DNA of 64,000 nt from NCBI GenBank assembly GCA_963707025.1, contig CAVPOM010000016.1, positions 1-64,000 of the forward strand, read 5' to 3'. The translations under genes were made by a program, and so were the position numbers. This DNA is from an uncultured Verrucomicrobiae bacterium. Its GTDB lineage: Bacteria; Verrucomicrobiota; Verrucomicrobiia; Limisphaerales; Palsa-1400. Of this stretch, positions 60,383 to 64,000 are shown one piece after another (within the stretch, counting starts at the first letter, position 1; every line of letters starts with the position of its first letter). Below the pieces are notes generated by a model. The model was not told where the DNA came from and searched no databases. It saw only the letters and a program-made list of their open reading frames with translations.

Positions 60383-62371
60383 TCACTCGAAGCGCAGCAC
60401 GGTGAAGGAATGGGGCGGAAACAGGCGCGTGGTCTGGCCGAGCTTGATGCCGTGCCGCCACTGGCTTTGCTTGGGCGCGATTTGATCGGAATTGGCCGCC
60501 GTGTTCACCGCGTCAACTGTGCCGGATAATTCCATTGCCTGGGCGACGGATTTGTCCGGAACAAATCCCGCCAGATGAATCTGGGCCATGACCTCCTGGT
60601 TCAGCACGTTGACGACCTGCAGCACCAGCGTCTTGCCGTCGGCACTGCGGGTGGCGACCGCATCAAGCCCGCCTGCCGCGCCAGCCACGTCGCACTTGAC
60701 CAATTGGGGCAGGTAATTATGCGAAAGCATTTGGGTGACGTAACCGGGCGGCTGGAGCCAGACCTGGGACGGGTTGAGGAAGAGCAGCCCCTGGTTCCAA
60801 CCGTTGTCGTTCTGGCCGTCGGGCTGGAGACCGTTGGCGGAGGTGGCGATGGGAATGCGTCCGTCGCGCTCGAGGGCGAGGATGGCCTGGGCGTTGGCCA
60901 GCGCGCGTTTCTGGGCGTGGTTGCCGGCGTTGAACTCGAAGACCACGACCTTGTGCCTGGCGCCATCGGCAATCCTGGCCAGCGCATCGGCAAAGGAGAA
61001 CATGCCCGCCAGCGAGGTATTGGTGGCTGCGGGCTGTTCGGTGTTCACATGGACATCGAACCAAACCTCGCCGTTGCTGGCCTTGGCAAGCTGAAGAATC
61101 CGCTGATGGGCGGCCAGGGTGGCAATCCTGGAAGCCGCGCCAGAAAAATGGAACGGATCTTCAATGGGTTTGTCATAAGCAAAATCCCCAACCACCGGTA
61201 TGATGTCCTTGTCCTTCGCCCAAATAGCCTTGGCCAGCGGCTCAAACTTGTCGGCATATTTTTCGTCCACGCGTTCCTCATTGCCCAATTCGATGTAGCG
61301 GAGGCGATAGGGCTGCGGATGTCCGTCCGCCACCCGGCGGCGGCCCCAGGGGGAATCGGCCGGGCCTTTGGCGTATTCGATGAAGTCGGCCATGTCCTGG
61401 GGCGTCTCACCCATGTTGAAGGCGGGAATATATTCAAAGCCGGCCGCCTCGCAAAAATCCATGAAGTCCGGGATGCCCCATCCATCGGTGGAGTAGCGAT
61501 ACCAAGTGCCTGAGTAGGGAGGACGGCGGTCGCGCGGGCCGATCATGTTCTTCCACTTGTAACCGGTTTTGTTGACCATGGATCCCCCGTAGCGCAGGAC
61601 CGTGATGCCTTGTCCGATCAACCCTTCGGCGACATCCCGGCGCACGGGCAGGCCCTGAAAGCGGCCCCACTGGCCCGGCTGGAGGAAGGCGTGACCGAGC
61701 GTGACCGAGCCGGGCTGCTCCAGCGACAGGGTGAAGCGGCCGGCGGGGGTGGAAGCGTCCGGCGCCAGGGTGAAATCAACGCGCTGCCACTCGTTGCTCG
61801 CCACGACAAGCTGTGTCCGCGCATAGACCTGCGAACCATCCCGGCTTTCCAGGGCCGCCGCCAACTCTGTCCTTTTTTCGGCGCGCGCCCACACATAGCC
61901 TTCGTAGGGCTGGCCGGCGACAAAATTCATGCCCCAGTGATTAAGCCCCTGGTTCTCGACGCCCCATTGCCCAATGCCGGAATCGAAATGCACCTGCTGC
62001 GATTGCCGGCCTGCAAAAGGCCGCTCGGAAACCAAGGCAAAACGGCCCGCCGCCGTGCCGCGCTGCGCCGCCCGCCACATGCCGCTGAGCTGGGCTTCCG
62101 GGGCGGAGGCCGGCGGGGCCGGCTCCTGGAAGCTCTCCCCAAAGATCATCTGGCTGTAAAGCCCGCCATAGATCTCGTGATTCACATCCTCTATGCACGC
62201 GCCGGTCAGGAGACGCGACACAGGTCCGAGGGCGTCATCGGCCTTTACGTAGATGGCGCCATCCCCGGCGAAAGCCGAAAGGGCCGTTCCCATCCACATC
62301 GGAGCCAGACGCAGGAAAAAACAAACACCTTCCCTGCTGCGTTTGGAGAATGAGACTTTGTCAGGCTTCAT
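60383..62371 (-). CDS. Secreted GH51-like alpha-L-arabinofuranosidase
   Basis: EDVNHEIYGGLYSQMI..ESF, LRYGG, WG.RR..DGHP.PY.L.YIELGNE, VFEFN, C-terminal FPPHSFTVLRF; start approximate. Confidence 0.85.
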   Translation of the reverse strand: MKPDKVSFSKRSREGVCFFLRLAPMWMGTALSAFAGDGAIYVKADDALGPVSRLLTGACIEDVNHEIYGGLYSQMIFGESFQEPAPPASAPEAQLSGMWRAAQRGTAAGRFALVSERPFAGRQSQQVHFDSGIGQWGVENQGLNHWGMNFVAGQPYEGYVWARAEKRTELAAALESRDGSQVYARTQLVVASNEWQRVDFTLAPDASTPAGRFTLSLEQPGSVTLGHAFLQPGQWGRFQGLPVRRDVAEGLIGQGITVLRYGGSMVNKTGYKWKNMIGPRDRRPPYSGTWYRYSTDGWGIPDFMDFCEAAGFEYIPAFNMGETPQDMADFIEYAKGPADSPWGRRRVADGHPQPYRLRYIELGNEERVDEKYADKFEPLAKAIWAKDKDIIPVVGDFAYDKPIEDPFHFSGAASRIATLAAHQRILQLAKASNGEVWFDVHVNTEQPAATNTSLAGMFSFADALARIADGARHKVVVFEFNAGNHAQKRALANAQAILALERDGRIPIATSANGLQPDGQNDNGWNQGLLFLNPSQVWLQPPGYVTQMLSHNYLPQLVKCDVAGAAGGLDAVATRSADGKTLVLQVVNVLNQEVMAQIHLAGFVPDKSVAQAMELSGTVDAVNTAANSDQIAPKQSQWRHGIKLGQTTRLFPPHSFTVLRFE

Positions 62372-62741
62372 GGATGTACTTAACGGGCTGAGGGTAAGGC
62401 CTGCCACCGCCAATTGGCAATCACTCTTGCGGAAGCGTGCAAGTGCGCGGGTGTCATCAAAGGGGTTACCCATAGCTTTGTCCAATAAAATGCGTAATGA
62501 CATGTAAATCATTGGGTTATGGATGGGTCTATACAGGGCCACTATACCCTCTCACCATGACGCCCGTGCGATGCCAGCGCCCTGAGAAACCACGCCCCAA
62601 CGACCTTCCGCCGCACTTCCTGCCATGCAGCCTTTAGCCTTTAGCCTTTAGCCTTTAGCCTTTCCTCCGCCGCCCCTCCCCTCCGTGTCCTTCGTTTCCT
62701 ACTGTTCAAAACCCTTGGTTCCTCCTGTGCTTATCCGCGCC

Positions 62742-62825
62742 ATCCGCGAAATCCGCGGTAAAACCTTTGCAAAAATGAGCGGCTCTGACGGATTCCAGTT
62801 GAAAGACCCATCAGCCGGCACGCCG
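62742..62825 (+). repeat. 84-bp direct repeat, copy 2
   Basis: Matches 59922-60005; preceded by (ctttagc)n. Confidence 0.9.
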
Positions 62826-62875
62826 TGTTAGCGCCGGTTTGAAAATGAGGCGAAAATGCCGGTTTGAAAATGCGG
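62826..62875. mobile_element. IS21-like transposon end
   Basis: Starts TGTTAGC, followed by two copies of GCCGGTTTGAAAATG (62833-62847, 62858-62872). Confidence 0.65.
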
Positions 62876-63064
62876 ATGGGTGATCGGTCTTAGGAGCGCT
62901 GCTGGGTGTCCCGGCCGAAATGCCGGATCAGTGGATCAGTTCCGTTTTCCCGAGGCGTCCCCGCCTGTAAATCGGCGCCAGCAATCCTCGTTCCCACTGC
63001 CAGGCATCTTGCTGGAGACCAAGTTGGGGTCATGTACTAATAAATTGTTGCTCAGAGGTGAAAA

Positions 63065-63307
63065 GTGAAAAATAAATCCAAAGGCGGCACGAGTCCTGAA
63101 TCCAAGCCAGAAAACGAACATTCCATCCAGAACCTGCGCCGACGTTACAGAGCGATGGTCATTCGCAGTCTGATTCTGCGAGGTCCAAAACTCTCTTTAT
63201 CCGGTCCGTTATTGCCCTCCGCTCGCCCTCGGAAAACAGATGTTCAAACGGCGCAAGCGGAAATAAATACACTCCGTCCCCTCTCCCGACGAGAGTTGAA
63301 AATTTAC
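63065..63307 (+). pseudogene. Possible LuxR-type HTH gene truncated by IS insertion
   Basis: ORF reaches TLRPLSRRELKIY (LuxR-like first helix) exactly where the putative IS end begins. Confidence 0.4.
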
Positions 63308-64000
63308 CACAGCCATCCCACAGGAAATTGGAAAAAAGTGTTGGCTTGACCATTTGAACCTGCCACAAGGCAGGCATGAAAAACAAAAAAATCAAACCAA
63401 CACGGTCCCGGTTTAACGTTTTGCGCCAGATTTGCAATCTCATTCCTGCGCATGAAGTCTCCAAAATAGCGCGGGAGACCGGGGCTCTGGATAAGTCGCG
63501 CACCTTCAGTCCGTGGAGTCACACGGTCAGTTTGCTGGACGCGCAACTCACCCATTGCATCGGACTCAACGATCTGTGCGACTCGCTGCAATTGCATTCC
63601 GGGCCGCTGTCCACTTTGCGCGGCGCCAGCGCCCCCAGCCGCAACGGCCTCTCCCACGCCAACCGGGAGCGTCCGGCCCAGATGGCCGAACAACTCTTCT
63701 GGCGGGTCCTGGAGCATTTGAAAGCACAGACGCCCGGCTTTGCCGCGGGCCAGCGCCGTGGCCCCGCCTTCCGTTTCAAGATGCCCATCCATGTGATTGA
63801 TAGCACGACCATGGAACTGGTGGCCAACTGCCTGGACTGGGCCAAGCACCGCCGGCGCAAGGCCGCCGCCAAAACCCATATGCGGTTGAATCTGCAGAAT
63901 CTTTTGCCCGGTTTTGTCATTGTGGACACTGCCGCCGAGCACGACAACCGACGGGCGCGGGAACTGTGCGCCGACTTGAAGAGCGGCGAAATCGCCTTGT
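63308..64000 (+). mobile_element. Second IS4-family element (left part)
   Basis: Putative end CACAGCCATCCC about 68 bp before the transposase ATG; right end outside window. Confidence 0.7.
63376..64000 (+). CDS. IS4-family transposase with DUF4372-like N-terminus, partial
   Basis: Open frame MKNKKIKP...RTFSPWSH..SLL.AQL...SRNGLSHANRER...VIDSTT...WAKHRRRKAAAKTH...AAEHD running off the window. Confidence 0.9.
   Translation, partial: MKNKKIKPTRSRFNVLRQICNLIPAHEVSKIARETGALDKSRTFSPWSHTVSLLDAQLTHCIGLNDLCDSLQLHSGPLSTLRGASAPSRNGLSHANRERPAQMAEQLFWRVLEHLKAQTPGFAAGQRRGPAFRFKMPIHVIDSTTMELVANCLDWAKHRRRKAAAKTHMRLNLQNLLPGFVIVDTAAEHDNRRARELCADLKSGEIAL

Overview
GC-rich bacterial chromosomal window, most likely Verrucomicrobiota (inferred from a DUF5069-like gene, an H-X9-DG-type prepilin and the repeat families). 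It contains a complete type II secretion operon (gspE-F-G-H-I-J-K-L-M-C-D, 1.4-14.4 kb) facing away from an Ig-like secreted protein gene. Housekeeping genes include dus, glgC, kdsA-lptA/C-like-lptB-hprK, a U32/RlhA-like gene, rpsT, rpmI-rplT-pheS, pdxH, panC, fabI, thiC with a TPP riboswitch, and holA. Also present are two glycoside hydrolases, an orphan DNA methyltransferase, a Kdo hydroxylase and about five intact or decayed toxin-antitoxin-like cassettes. Mobile DNA: an IS4-family element with a divergent accessory gene inserted into a REP hairpin, an IS630 splitting an HNH gene, two copies of a 92-bp REP-carrying MITE, an IS21-like end, and a second IS4 at the right edge. Several genes have single-base frameshifts that are probably sequencing or assembly indels. 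The most notable observations are (i) the two-gene IS4 element with a perfect 26-bp internal palindrome and a loop-flipped target duplication, (ii) strong [S/T]-N enrichment in exported proteins, with tandem T-N arrays in GspC and GspD, (iii) intergenic repeat families recruited in-frame into proteins, and (iv) widespread leaderless promoter architecture. All family assignments come from motif recognition by eye; no database search was run.
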